A stretch of 39,503 nucleotides of DNA. Origin: Craspedostauros australis. Its lineage: Eukaryota. This document shows, piece after piece, positions 1-10,931 of this stretch; position 1 is the first letter of the stretch, and each line of letters opens with the position of its first letter. The stretch lies in contig JALAGF010005753.1 of the NCBI GenBank assembly GCA_030167865.1, positions 1 to 39,503 on the forward strand, read 5' to 3'. The position numbers and the translations under genes were made by a program. The notes under the pieces were generated by a model, which saw only the letters and a program-made list of their open reading frames with translations, was not told the DNA's origin and did no database searches.

Positions 1-112
1 CTCTCAATCTTGCTTCCCATGTTCTTTCACCTGTTTCGGGGGTCTTTGAAGAGTGCGTGGGAATGGTAGGCAAGCATACACATGGAGAATGAGGCCATTC
101 CACCATCATGAC

Positions 113-1315
113 GAGAATGCATTGAACCTCAAAGAAGATGCTGCCGCCGCGCACAATTATGGCGAGTGCAACGGTTACAGCGAAGCAGAAAGCGATGGTT
201 GCGCGACAACAAGACATGGTCAGCAAAAGAGATCTGTCACCATCGCCGTTGCTGTCGTTGCTCCTGTCTCGCCCTCGCTTCATGTGGTGTAAAGCGGTCG
301 CTGGTGGAGAGAAAGGTCGTGTTGGCGATGGTTGCTGTGGGTTGGAGCCGAACTGTTCCGCTGTGTTTCAACGCGAGCTTGTGATCAGCAGTGTTCGTGT
401 AGTTTGGATGGATGGGTGATGGCTGACGATCGCTGAGCAGCAGCTACCGTGCGTATGAACGATGGCGACGCGCATTGAATGAACGATGACGATGAAAAAC
501 GATGGCGTCTGAGTGCGCCATGGTCGTTTTGACGACCCGTGCTCGTGTGCCTGAGAGGAGAGTGGCTTCGAACTGCTCCGTCACACACCATCGTCATCGT
601 CGCCGTCTTCACCATCCTTCCAAACGACATGAAAAAGCTCGAAGGGCGCATTCCGTACCCTCCCTCTTGTACGCCCCCATGACGAGATCGCCGTCTCACC
701 CCATCGTCTCTCTTGGAAAATTGCGAGCCGCGAGTATTCACATTCATGTGATGATCATGTCATGCACATCCACGTACCGATGCACAACGGGGGCATCGAC
801 CGATGGTACAAGTCGAGTATCATATCATACTCTCCATACAAGCCTACACAGACACGCAAACAAACAAGTCGCATGGCACATTGGGGGTCACCACCACCCA
901 CGACTGAGAGCTCCATGCCTTCCAGAAGCTTGCTCGCCAAGGCTGCGATGACGATGGGACAGCTCAGCCCTCCTCGACTCTACAAGTTTGCAGGATCGAT
1001 GCTCTCATCGCATCCTCCCTCATCAGGTTGGCTGATCGAATGACACGGAACACCGTACATGGGTGGGAATCGAGAGATAATCGGAAGATCTCGTCTCTTC
1101 GTTTCTATTATGCTTCATCTGTACATTGGCATTGTGCAAGCGACCTGCGGGAGGCGCCATGGCATCGAAAGGCAGCGCATGGTACTATTACATATCCGTC
1201 GCTTGCGAGTTACGATCCGTCGCATTCAGGCGACGTACGCAGCTCATTGAGACTTGTGTACTTCGCTCGTATAGTATGCGCCATGCTCCGCCTTGACATC
1301 ATGCTAGAGTGCATG
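113..1315. repeat. ~1.2 kb dispersed direct repeat, copy 1 (paired with 8810-10019)
   Basis: Collinear high similarity from GAGAATGC(A/G)TTGAACCTCAAAGAAG to CCGCCTTGACATCA(T/C)GCT...TGCATG in both copies. The ORF track gives near-duplicate peptides (e.g. MNVNTRGSQF, MGGNREII). The right boundary is approximate (1305-1315). Confidence 0.95.
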
Positions 1316-1700
1316 ATAGCCAGCACAAGACCCCCGCCCCAGCGGAAACGTTACGCCTTTCTTGGGAAGGCCTCTCAGCTTTCCTTGTAAATGGAGGTGG
1401 CTATGTGACTCATAAGAGCCCCCTTAGCGAGCAGACCTGGGGCACCCGGTAGAAAAGGTCGAAATAGTCAATCTTCGATATGACTGACCCAGCCAATCAA
1501 AACTCGTTGTGCTGACAATGACAGCTGTGTCTGCAACAAGAAAGTTCGCGAGTCCTCCATTCGTTGTCACGAACTCTTCGCGGGTCATTGATATTAATTT
1601 CATTTAGGGGATGACTGAAGAGAAACTCCGAAAATGACCTTCACACAATTGGACTTGATTTAATCCCGGGTAATCGCGCCACAACCAAATCGTTGATTTA

Positions 1701-1786
1701 TTTAGACGTATTTCGATTTTAATAGTCGTTATTAGAATTATTTAGACGTTATTCGAAATAAATAGTTGTCATTCGAAAGTAATAGG
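1701..1786. repeat. AT-rich degenerate 20-bp tandem repeat (~4.3 units, A-B-A'-B' dimer structure)
   Basis: Units at exact 20-nt spacing: TTTAGACGTATTTCGATTTT / AATAGTCGTTATTAGAATTA / TTTAGACGTTATTCGAAATA / AATAGTTGTCATTCGAAAGT / AATAGG. Confidence 0.8.
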
Positions 1787-1850
1787 AGTCCACGAAGATG
1801 ATATGGCAGCACCTGCCATGGAACAGCTCCACAAGCTGAGCACTTGGTAC

Positions 1851-2130
1851 AAAGACAAGGTCAACAAGGACACCTGGCTTGCCGATAGCTGAGCTTCGTG
1901 TCACATCGTGCACTCAGACGCGGCCCTCTTCAACGTGCGGTACATCAAGTCTTTCGTCCAAGTGGGAGACAGCACGAAGCTGGATTCTCCCTAGATGGGA
2001 TCCATTGGCTTGAAGGTCAAGCAAACAAGACAACACTGGCCACATCATCCAGCTTGATGATGTGAAGTACACACCCAAGATGGCAGTGAACCTTTTCTTG
2101 ACGAAAAAAGCACTGTACAACAGCTACGAG
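1851..2130 (+). mobile_element. Decayed Ty1/Copia retrotransposon, protease region (pseudogenised)
   Basis: 1875 onward reads WLADS*ASCHI, the Copia protease DSGAS motif with a TGA in place of Gly. After a stop and frameshift comes LDDVKYTPKMAVNLFL, the typical L.dV.yvP....NL segment that follows the Copia protease. Confidence 0.8.
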
Positions 2131-2937
2131 TGTCAGGAATCGGGTGTACTGAAATACCCCATTGCCGTGCCTCCCAACAGCAGGGAGTCGAGTGTCATGA
2201 AACAATATGTTACCGCACCTCCCCTTTGGAGCTATGTCACAGAAAATGTGAGCTACACGTGTTTTTGCAGTGGAGAACGCCACGTGCCGAATGCAAACCA
2301 GACTGTGACATTTGTGACCTCAATGTAGGAATGGGAGTCACACATGTATGTTGCAGGGGGCAGCGATGTTGGATTCGTGACAAGCATCACAATACACAAG
2401 ACTACGGCCCCTATGTCGCAACGAACAAGAAGGATTCGAAGATGGCCAGCACAACAAAGTGTGAGATGTCCTGTGAACGAATCCCTGATGACGAACTGGT
2501 GAAGTATCGGAGAAGATTGGAGATGTTTCAGGATGAGAAGTCAGAAGAGCAATCATCCAAGCTGTTCTTGTGAAACATGGAGACTGTGATCTGATCGAAT
2601 GAAGCAAGTCAGGAATGCCTGTGCATTTGATGTATTAGCACAACGCTTTATTCCCTATTGGTAGAGAGCAGGAGATGGAATATCTGAGATGCATGATAGG
2701 ATTCATCAATGCTGCAAGATGAACTGTACATGAAGTACATGATGCATGACATGATGAACCAGAGGGACAGCACTACATGAGCAAGGGCAAGACTGTGTGC
2801 TACTGTGGATGATGTATGCTTTGGCAAATGGAATAAAAAGAGATGAAGATGTTGTGCTTGCAGTTCCAACAATGCAATAACATGAATAGGTAACCAGAGA
2901 CTACTACTAGAGACTGGGTCACCCCAGGTTTCCAACA
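2131..2937. mobile_element. LTR-like unit (probable solo LTR) between Copia protease and RNase H remnants
   Basis: Begins TG(TCAGGAAT) and ends TTTCCAACA (reverse complement TGTTGGAAA, a classic Copia/Ty1-type LTR terminus). The last ~100 bp align with 4530-4620. The right half is CpG-poor and CATG/TGA-rich. No target-site duplication seen; orientation undetermined. Confidence 0.55.
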
Positions 2938-3110
2938 GACATCCGCGAGAACGAGACGCATCGACATTCGACATCACTTCATTCGAGAATTGATTGGGAA
3001 CAGTGAAGCCAGAGCCAGGTTTGTGCGATCAGAAGACAACACTGCAGATGGTTTATGAAGAATACTAGAAAGGAGATTTCTGACAGACACAAGGGCCACA
3101 TCATCCAATT
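2938..3110 (+). mobile_element. Decayed Ty1/Copia RNase H C-terminal fragment
   Basis: Translates TSARTRRIDIRHHFIRELIGNSEARARFVRSEDNTADG, then a frameshift into MKN. This matches the Copia RNase H RTKHIDIR(Y/H)HFIRE...N.AD.FTK motif. Confidence 0.85.
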
Positions 3111-3217
3111 GCGATCCGCAATGGACTGATGACAATGGCGAGAGAAAAGTGAAGGTGATGGGAGTCAAGGGCATATTAAGTCAGAATGATATACTGTCGA
3201 TTCAACAATTGAAGTGC

Positions 3218-4620
3218 AGTAGGAATCGAGGGTACGACTTAAAAATGTATCCATGGTTGCCGCACCTCCCACTATTTTCAATCACGACTGAACAAATCGA
3301 CTCTTGTTGATCACACCCTTGACCCAACGCAACCGTGACTGATCTCAGTCTTCCCAAGAAAGACAGCCTGTCCTCCTTGGACATGAACACCATGACAATG
3401 CGAAAATAGTGAGTCCTAACCCGAACCAACCAGACACCTCATGGTCAGTGAGGTCTATCCCAAAGGGGCGCAGGGGCAGTGGGTAGGAATCATATCCCAC
3501 TTGGAGAAACAGAAACAAGTGATGCACGTGCTCCTTATCAGATCAAAAGTCTATATTCACCTTAGTCTATTTCTAGTCTTGTTCTTAGTAGACAGTGTCA
3601 GGTCACGCATGAGACTTTTGATCATGAATCGTTTTCTCTTTCTCTGTTGATCTCATTTCCCGGAACTCTCGATGGCGCTCAGATACCTGTCTTGGTATCT
3701 GAAGATGGTAATGAGTTGAAGGATGGATGTCAGGCCCTGCCTGTCATCCTCCTTATGCGCACATGAACATAAATGTCTACTGTCTTGATGAGTGAATGTA
3801 CCTGAGCATCTTGGCTCAGATACAAGCTCATCAATCCCATCAAATTTGGCAAGATCNNNNNNNNNNNNNNNNNNNNNNNNNNNNNNNNNNNNNNNNNNNN
3901 NNNNNNNNNNNNNNNNNNNNNNNNNNNNNNNNNNNNNNNNNNNNNNNNNNNNNNNNNNNNNNNNNNNNNNNNNNTGCTGTGTGTTGCAACACATGTTGCC
4001 TCAGCATCATTTTCATCATTTCATCTCCATCTGCTCACAATTCAGACTCCAACAGTTCTGAATTGGGCCAGCTTACATACCATCTAACATCAATTAACCA
4101 CTCAGAGCACAAAAACACTACCACACAGTTTCACTCTACTTCATTGACGGACTTGATCACTCCCAATTTTGAGGTAAGTACCCACTTTCATCTGTGTTCT
4201 ATCACTCCTGGCAGACAAGATCAATCGTATGATTGGACAACAAGACAGATTCAGAAAAGCAATCAAGACCGATCAATCGTAAAACAGGTGGAGTCAAAGA
4301 CAACAAGGGATTGAGATGAAACCTGTGACAAGACGGATGCATGACTGCGGAACGTATCACATGAATGTAGGCAAGCATGAAAATGAGGATATGCAAGATG
4401 AAGATGCCTGATGAAAGGCATCATGAGATGTACATGACAATGTATGATGAAAAGGCACGATGACAACCATGAATACAACAGTATTGCATGATGTTGATGC
4501 AGAAGATGCCTGATATGAAAATGAAATCGAAAGAGATGATGATGTTGAGCTCACAGTTCTGAAACAGTACGATCTAATAACAGATTAGGTTGCTACTATC
4601 ATAACCCCGAATTTCCAACA
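3218..4620. mobile_element. Second, diverged LTR-like unit (spans assembly gap; left boundary uncertain)
   Basis: Right end AAAGAGATGATGATGTTGAGC...ACCCCGAATTTCCAACA resembles AAAGAGATGAAGATGTTGTGC...ACCCCAGGTTTCCAACA at 2836-2937. Left end AGGAATCGAGGGTAC...GCCGCACCTCCC loosely resembles 2135-2175. Contains the N gap 3857-3974. Confidence 0.4.
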
Positions 4621-5256
4621 TTCCGAATCTGCAGGAACCGCGGATCCTGATTACCCCATCAGGGTCAGTTCCTTCCATTGGGGAAGCTTGTCATTTTGGA
4701 GCTCGAACATCAACAACAGTTTTCACATGGTGCCTCATTGTTTTTGCATCAAAACGACAGCAGGTCCCAACGAGCGTTTCTGTATCGGGACTGCGGAAAA
4801 CCAATGATTCACGAGTACTTTGGGCGACGATAGCGACCTAACGATAGTAGAAGACATATGAATGCAATAGCATGGTTGGAAAGAACAGCTCGAGAGGATC
4901 CAGCATATGTGAAGAAAATTGGTTCCCTCTCCTAGGCGTTAGGGTCAAAGGTTCCAATAACTGATTTCGAGTTGCCTATTGCCCAATTATTGGGCGTTGG
5001 GTCGCAAAGGGATAGTACTGCATGGCAACAACCCATCGTCAACGAACACAAGTGAATGAACAGCAGAGGAAACAACTTGCGTGATGGCCTGGCGACAGTT
5101 CATCGCCACAGCAAACATAAACGTGGGGAAGGGCATCCACAAAAAATGAAGTGTCTACATTAATGTTTCTTCCATCCTGACAACGAGGAGGATGGAGAAG
5201 TGCAAGGGTAGTATCATACCATATCATACCTCTACAGCGCCGTTGATGATGCCCAT

Positions 5257-7242
5257 CTACGTGCACGCAAGGCAAGTACTGCCACTGGGGATGTTGAGAG
5301 TGGCCGTCAATGGGTAGCACACGTTTGTCGCAGGACCGTTTGGATAGAAAGTTCGCATTCCATATTCGTTGAAGTGGCACAGGTTGCAACCCTCGCCTAG
5401 GGCTGTCGGAATTTGAGTGCATACGCCGTCGGCAAGGGTGATGTCGGCGTTGAAGTAGTATCCGTATCCCATGTATTGGCACGATGACGATGCGGTGCAG
5501 GTCCCCGCTCCGATTCTGGTGTTGCCCTCGAACTGGTTGAAGTAAATGTAGCCGATACGATTACCCGTCGTGCCGTACACAATTTGGGTGTAGTGCGAAT
5601 TGATGTACGAACACGAACGGAGGTTTGCGCAGGAGCCCCTGCCGATGTTGACAAACGAATTTCGCTTGTTGTCCGTGCCCATGTTGCCTCTCATCGGGTT
5701 GGCAATGAGGTAAGAGGCAGTTCCGGCTCCCACTGCCGCGCACGAACTCGTTCCGATGCAAGAAAATGGTTGGACGATGCTGTATCCGTTGGCGTGTGCT
5801 CCGACGGAGTAGCACGCGGAGTCGCCCAGGCAGGAGAATGGGCCGATGACGCCAGTCCTCTCACTACCGGAGTTGAAGTTGAAGTAGGAGCAGGTTCTGT
5901 TCTGGCCGGGGTTTTGGCAGCTCGACTGGAACACGATCGTTTGCGGTTCGAGGCTGTTGCAGGAGTTCAGTCCGATGCAGCTATTGGCGCTGATGCTGGC
6001 CACGCCGACCCAGCTGCAGTCGATGGCACCTCCGGGGCAGCAGGTGTTGCCAGGCTGTTGGCAAAAAGCGATGGCATCTGTGGCAGTACCCGTTAAGACT
6101 TCTCCAGTCGCGCTGGCGGCCTCCTGGAACTGGGCGAGGATTCCGGAGTTGTCCTTGATTCTGTTGAAGAGCGCGACTCCTTCAGTAATGCTGTCCTGGT
6201 TGGCAAAAATGCTGAGAAGATCGGTCTCGTTCTCGATGGTGGCGAGTAGGTTCTGGCCGTTGGTGTCTGATGGCGTTCCCAACTCTGCCAAGAACTGAAC
6301 AATATTCGGCGCCAGGCCGCTGGTTGGTGCCGAAGTGGGTGCTGATGTAGGTGCCGACGTAGGGGCAGAAGTGGGAGCGACTGATGCCGTAGGGCCTAGC
6401 GTGGGTGCCGAAGTAGGTGCGCTGGTCGGTGCCGAAGTAGGGGCAGAAGTGGGAGCGCTCGTCGGTGCCGAAGTAGGGACAGACGTTGGTGCGCTGGTCG
6501 GTGCCGCCGTGGGTGCGGTGGGTGCTGACGTTGGCTGCGAAGTCGGTGGGATGGTTCCAGATCGTGTCGGGCCCGCAGTTGGTGCTGCTGTTGGTGCGGT
6601 TGGGGACAATGTCGGTGCGCTGGTCGGCGCTGATGTCGGGGCCGATGTCGGTGCGCTGGTCGGTGCGCTGGTCGGAGCCGATGTCGGTGCGCTTGTCGGC
6701 GCTGATGTCGGAGCGCTGGTCGGCGCTGATGTTGGAGCGCTTGTCGGTGTCCTGGTCGGTGTCCTGGTCGGTACGCTTGTCGGTGCGCTTGTCGGTGTCC
6801 TGGTCGGTGCGCTCGTCGGTGTCCTGGTCGGTGTGCTGGTCGGTGTCCTGGTCGGTGTGCTGGTCGGTGCCATGGTGACGTCTCCGTTCTTGGGGTCCTT
6901 GTTCATCTTCATGCCGTCTTTGTTCATCTTGCCGTCATCACTGTCGCTGGTCATCATGGTGGGTCCATCCGTGCTCTTGGCCTTCTTCTTGTCCATCTCC
7001 CCGCCCGCACCAGCGAAGCTGTCCATGTCCTCCTTGGTGCGGCGGAGCCTCCTGGTGAGTCCGGTGATCTTCTCGGCCGTCTTCTCCGAGTCATCTCCGT
7101 AGTAAGTCCACGCGAGCTTGTTGGCTCCGACCTTGGCATCGTCTCTGGAGGGTGCATGCATGCCGGCAAGGAGCCTCTCATCTTCGACGGCGGAGGCGGC
7201 AGCGATGTGCGCCAAAACGAGCGAGCTGATGCGATACTTCAT
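5257..7242 (-). CDS. Secreted mucin-like protein (signal peptide, K/M-rich block, PTSA/PTRT repeats, Cys-rich SCxGxxSC repeat domain), 661 aa
   Basis: Intact single-exon ORF. Hydrophobic N-terminus MKYRISSLVLAHIAAASA, RxL motifs (ERLL, TRRL), dozens of P-T-x-x tetrapeptides, and a C-terminal series SCIGLNSC, SCLGDSAC, SCIGTSSC, SCANLRSC, TCTASSSC. Confidence 0.9.
   Translation of the reverse strand: MKYRISSLVLAHIAAASAVEDERLLAGMHAPSRDDAKVGANKLAWTYYGDDSEKTAEKITGLTRRLRRTKEDMDSFAGAGGEMDKKKAKSTDGPTMMTSDSDDGKMNKDGMKMNKDPKNGDVTMAPTSTPTRTPTSTPTRTPTSAPTRTPTSAPTSVPTRTPTRTPTSAPTSAPTSAPTSAPTSAPTSAPTSAPTSAPTSAPTSAPTSAPTLSPTAPTAAPTAGPTRSGTIPPTSQPTSAPTAPTAAPTSAPTSVPTSAPTSAPTSAPTSAPTSAPTSAPTLGPTASVAPTSAPTSAPTSAPTSAPTSGLAPNIVQFLAELGTPSDTNGQNLLATIENETDLLSIFANQDSITEGVALFNRIKDNSGILAQFQEAASATGEVLTGTATDAIAFCQQPGNTCCPGGAIDCSWVGVASISANSCIGLNSCNSLEPQTIVFQSSCQNPGQNRTCSYFNFNSGSERTGVIGPFSCLGDSACYSVGAHANGYSIVQPFSCIGTSSCAAVGAGTASYLIANPMRGNMGTDNKRNSFVNIGRGSCANLRSCSYINSHYTQIVYGTTGNRIGYIYFNQFEGNTRIGAGTCTASSSCQYMGYGYYFNADITLADGVCTQIPTALGEGCNLCHFNEYGMRTFYPNGPATNVCYPLTATLNIPSGSTCLACT
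6320..6870 (-). repeat. Coding 12-bp minisatellite (PTSA/PTRT/PTST tetrapeptides)
   Basis: Repeated GTCGGTGCGCTG / GTCGGTGTCCTG / GTCGGCGCTGAT units on the + strand. Confidence 0.9.
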
Positions 7243-8809
7243 GGTTGATGTGTGTGCGTGGTATCTGAGTTGAGTATTGATAGACTAACGTGGAGGGAGG
7301 GCAGTGGTGGATATTAGATATTGAAGTGCCTGCATTGTGGAGAGGTGCACGGTACCATGCGTGTCGCACGAGTGAGTAGACCGAAGACTCCGGTGGGCAA
7401 AGGTATAGCGGCGGAATGGTAGACAAAGATGTGGAAAAGAAGAGAAATGTGAGACAAAATGTCCCAAGTTTGCTCCGGTGTTCTCCACTGGATTGATATT
7501 GCGAGAGATCACGTATCGTGGGCTTTTCACAGATGTATCGCACATCATCCATCGCTCTGGATCTCGTCTCGCGATGAGTGAAGGAGCTGCCGTGAACGGC
7601 TTGCGCAAAAAACGCGGCGGATCAGCAGAGGTCGGGGCTGCGGGGGAATGACTATTTTCCTAGTCATCCTGGCACCACCCTCTGCATGTTTTCCCGTTGC
7701 GCCGTCCTTCACCCAGTCTTCGTGTTCTGTTTGATGAAGATACCAAGGCAACACATGGAATGGACCACGTGCTTGGCGTTGTGTCCACGCATTGCGTTGC
7801 TCTCGATCGGATCCATGCCGAAGGCCCATGGGCCCTTTGGCTTGTTGTATTGTTTGCGGTCCATGATCGCATCACTGGCACAGCTCCAGTGCGCAAGCCG
7901 CATCATAGAATTCGCCGCATCCAATCACATGAAAACAATCTTCCGACATACAGTATCATCGTGTATGCCTGGTGCTGTGCAAGTGCGTGTGTGGCGGCTA
8001 TGCCTGGCGCAGCGCGGTGTGACTCACCGTGCTGTTCGTGCTGTTTGTGCTGTTCGTGCTGCTTGCTGTCGCGGAATGGGAGTGATTGATTGCGTCTGCG
8101 TTTGAGCTGGAGCGGCCTTGAGATTTGTGAGACCGGAGATTGATGATGGGGATGGGACAATAACACTTCGGAGGTACGCAGAGAGTAGGTGCTTCCGCGG
8201 TGGTTGTGCTCTGTGGATGTGGACGCTGTAGACTGATCATTTTTTATCATCCTCCACCTCCAGCCAACATTTTCGTTGGCGCCATCATCTGTGCGTCTCG
8301 TGTCGCCGCGTGCTACATCACAAACAACGCGGCTCTGAACACCATCATCGCGCCGTCGTGCCGTCGAAGCGCGCTACTATACTGCAGACCTGGCCTGTTG
8401 TGCACAACAACAACACCTTCTCGTCACCTCGCCGCAACAACCAGCTGGAGCTTTGCGGCCCAACAATCCAACGAGGAGTTACCACAAAGAAATCCAACAA
8501 CGACTGAATTTGGCCACAACAGGGACCATCGGAAGATCCGTTGGTCTGCTGAATCCAGTAACGGAAATCGCACGTGTCGTTCCAATGCCAAAATTGTCAC
8601 CGTTGGCTGAAACCATTTTTGTCGGCACAGATCCGCACAGCGGAACTGCTCTGTGCACAGATGCGGTGACGCTCATCAGATTCGCCACGATACCCAGTCC
8701 GGTTGACACAATCTCGTTAGTGCAACGTCTCGTCGATACCTGATGGTCCAAATGGCCGCACCCACAATGAAGCGGAAGATGCCAATCACGGAAACAAAGC
8801 CAAGTTTAT

Positions 8810-10019
8810 GAGAATGCGTTGAACCTCAAAGAAGGTGCCGTCACTGCGCACAATTATGGCGAGTGCAGCAATGACAGCGAGGCGGAAAGCGATGGTTGCG
8901 CGACAACAAGACCTTGTCCGCAAAAGAAATCTGTTGCCATTGCCGTTGCTGTTGCTGTTGCTGCTCCTGTCTCACCCTCACTTCATGTGGTGCAAAGCGG
9001 TCGCTGGGTGGAGAGGAAGGTCGTGTTGGCGACGGTTGCTGTGGGTTGGAGCCGAACTGTTCCGCTGTGTTTCAACGCGAGCTTGTCATCAGCAGTGTTC
9101 GTCTAGTTTGGGTAGATGGGTGATGGCCGACGATCGCTGAGCAGCAGCTACTATGTATGAACGATGGCGACGCGCATTGAATGAACGATGACGATGAAAA
9201 ACGATGGCGTCTGAGTGCGCCATGGCCATTGTTGATTCCCAGTGTTCGCATGCCTGAGAGGAGAGTGGCTTCGAACTGCTCCGTCACACACCATCGTCAT
9301 CGTCGCCGTCTTCACCATCCTTCCAAACGACATGAAAAAGTTCGAAGGGCGCATTCCATACCCTCCCTCTTGTACTCCACCATGATGAGATCGCCGTCTC
9401 ACCCGATCGTCTCTCTTGCAAAATTGCGAGCCGCGAGTATTCACATTCATGGGATGATCATGTCATGCGCATCCATGTACCGATGCACAACGGGCGCATC
9501 GACCGATGATACAAGTCGAGTATCATATCATACTCTCCATACAAGCCTACACAGACACGCAAACAAACAAGCCCCATGACACATGGGGGGTCACCACCAC
9601 CCACGACTGAGAGCGGCATGCCTTCCAGAAGCTTGTTTGCCAAGGGCTGCGATGACGATGGGACAGCCCAGTCCTCCTCGACTCTACGAGTTTGCAGGAT
9701 CGATGCTCTCATCGCATCCTCCCTCGTCAGGTTGGCTGATCGAATGACACGGAACACCGTGCATGGGTGGGAATCGAGAGATAATCGAAAGATCTCGTCT
9801 CTTCGTTTCTATTATGCTTCATCTGCACATTGGCATTGCGCAAGCGATCTGCGGGTGGCACCATGGCATTGAAAGGCAGCGCATGGTACTATTACATATC
9901 CATCGCTTGCGAGTTACGATCCGTTGCATTCAGGCGACATGCGCAGCTCATTGAGACTTGTGTACTTCTCTCGTATAGTATGCGCCATGCACCGCCTTGA
10001 CATCACGCTCCGCTGCATG
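8810..10019. repeat. ~1.2 kb dispersed direct repeat, copy 2
   Basis: Collinear with 113-1315. Many differences are CG versus TG/CA. Confidence 0.95.
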
Positions 10020-10931
10020 CCAACTCGATCCGAGTATCGATACAATCTCGCCAACATCGTCACCTTGTGAAGCATCATAGTTTGGGACGCTGCGAGAAAG
10101 CCACATGGTCACAGAGATTCACAAATATGGCGCTGTGTTTCGCCGATCGATGTGAGCCTGGTTGGTCCGACAGCAGTAGCTGGAGTGCCGCAGAACGATC
10201 GTGTGCATGGATTGCAGAGCGCCCCGCATCTGTAACATGCTGCGCTGCAGGGTTGGACGAATTACGTGCATTTCTCCATAGTCGGGTGATCGCATTTCCG
10301 AGGATTGGGTTGCCAAACCCCCGCCAAAAAAAATTGGCGCCACATTTTGCCATGCCGCCGGTTTGTGACCTCCACAAAACACCGAAGCGACTTGCCGACC
10401 GTTCGTCTTGTCGCAGCCAAAAAATGTGGTAAAGCATGCACCGTCCTATTTTGCATGCGTGCTGCTGGGTACATGGTGCCATGCTCCCCCGGCAGGTGAC
10501 CATGACAGAGAACCTTCGCAGTGGTATGTACAATACGCCGCACAGTGGCCCCGTCTGCACTTGTTCCTGCACACATTCCACTCTGCTCTACGTCGGAGAA
10601 TGAGAGCGAATTCATCCATCGTGCATGCAATTCTGTTGAGTGCCGTTCCATCATACTCTCATACGGAAGTATCCAACCTCCCACAGCAGAGCAATTGCAA
10701 CGGCACGGAAGCATTGCATGTACTGTAAGAATATGGGGTTCGTGCGCTCCTCACGTTTGTGCTCCACGCGAGGTAATTGCAGAGTGATCAAAATGAATTT
10801 TGACGACGCCCAATACAACATGCTCGTAACACGAGCAGAATGGTTGGAAAAAGAACACAATTGGCTATGATATGCTAGGCTGGGATGCTCCACTCTGCAA
10901 CAATGTATGGTACGGGGATGTGCCATACTCT

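Noticed and set aside
1416..1475. GCCCCCTTAGC...GGGGC hairpin as a tRNA/SINE head
   Set aside because: No cloverleaf and no proper A-box or GTTCRA B-box.
1701..1786. CRISPR-like array
   Set aside because: Units are contiguous with no spacers, there are no cas genes, and the context is eukaryotic.
5470..5510. TCTASSSC matches the beetle antifreeze-protein repeat TCTxSxxC
   Set aside because: Only one of the Cys units has the TCT pattern and the units are not spaced 12 residues apart, so there is no regular ice-binding face.
6335..7102. 255-aa + strand ORF of VGAL/VGAD repeats
   Set aside because: Antisense shadow of the PTSA repeat gene.
113..10019. The two 1.2-kb direct repeats as the LTR pair of one ~10 kb retrotransposon
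   Set aside because: No shared TG...CA termini, PBS, PPT or TSD. The interior contains a host-type gene and only fragmentary Copia sequence with its own LTR-like ends.
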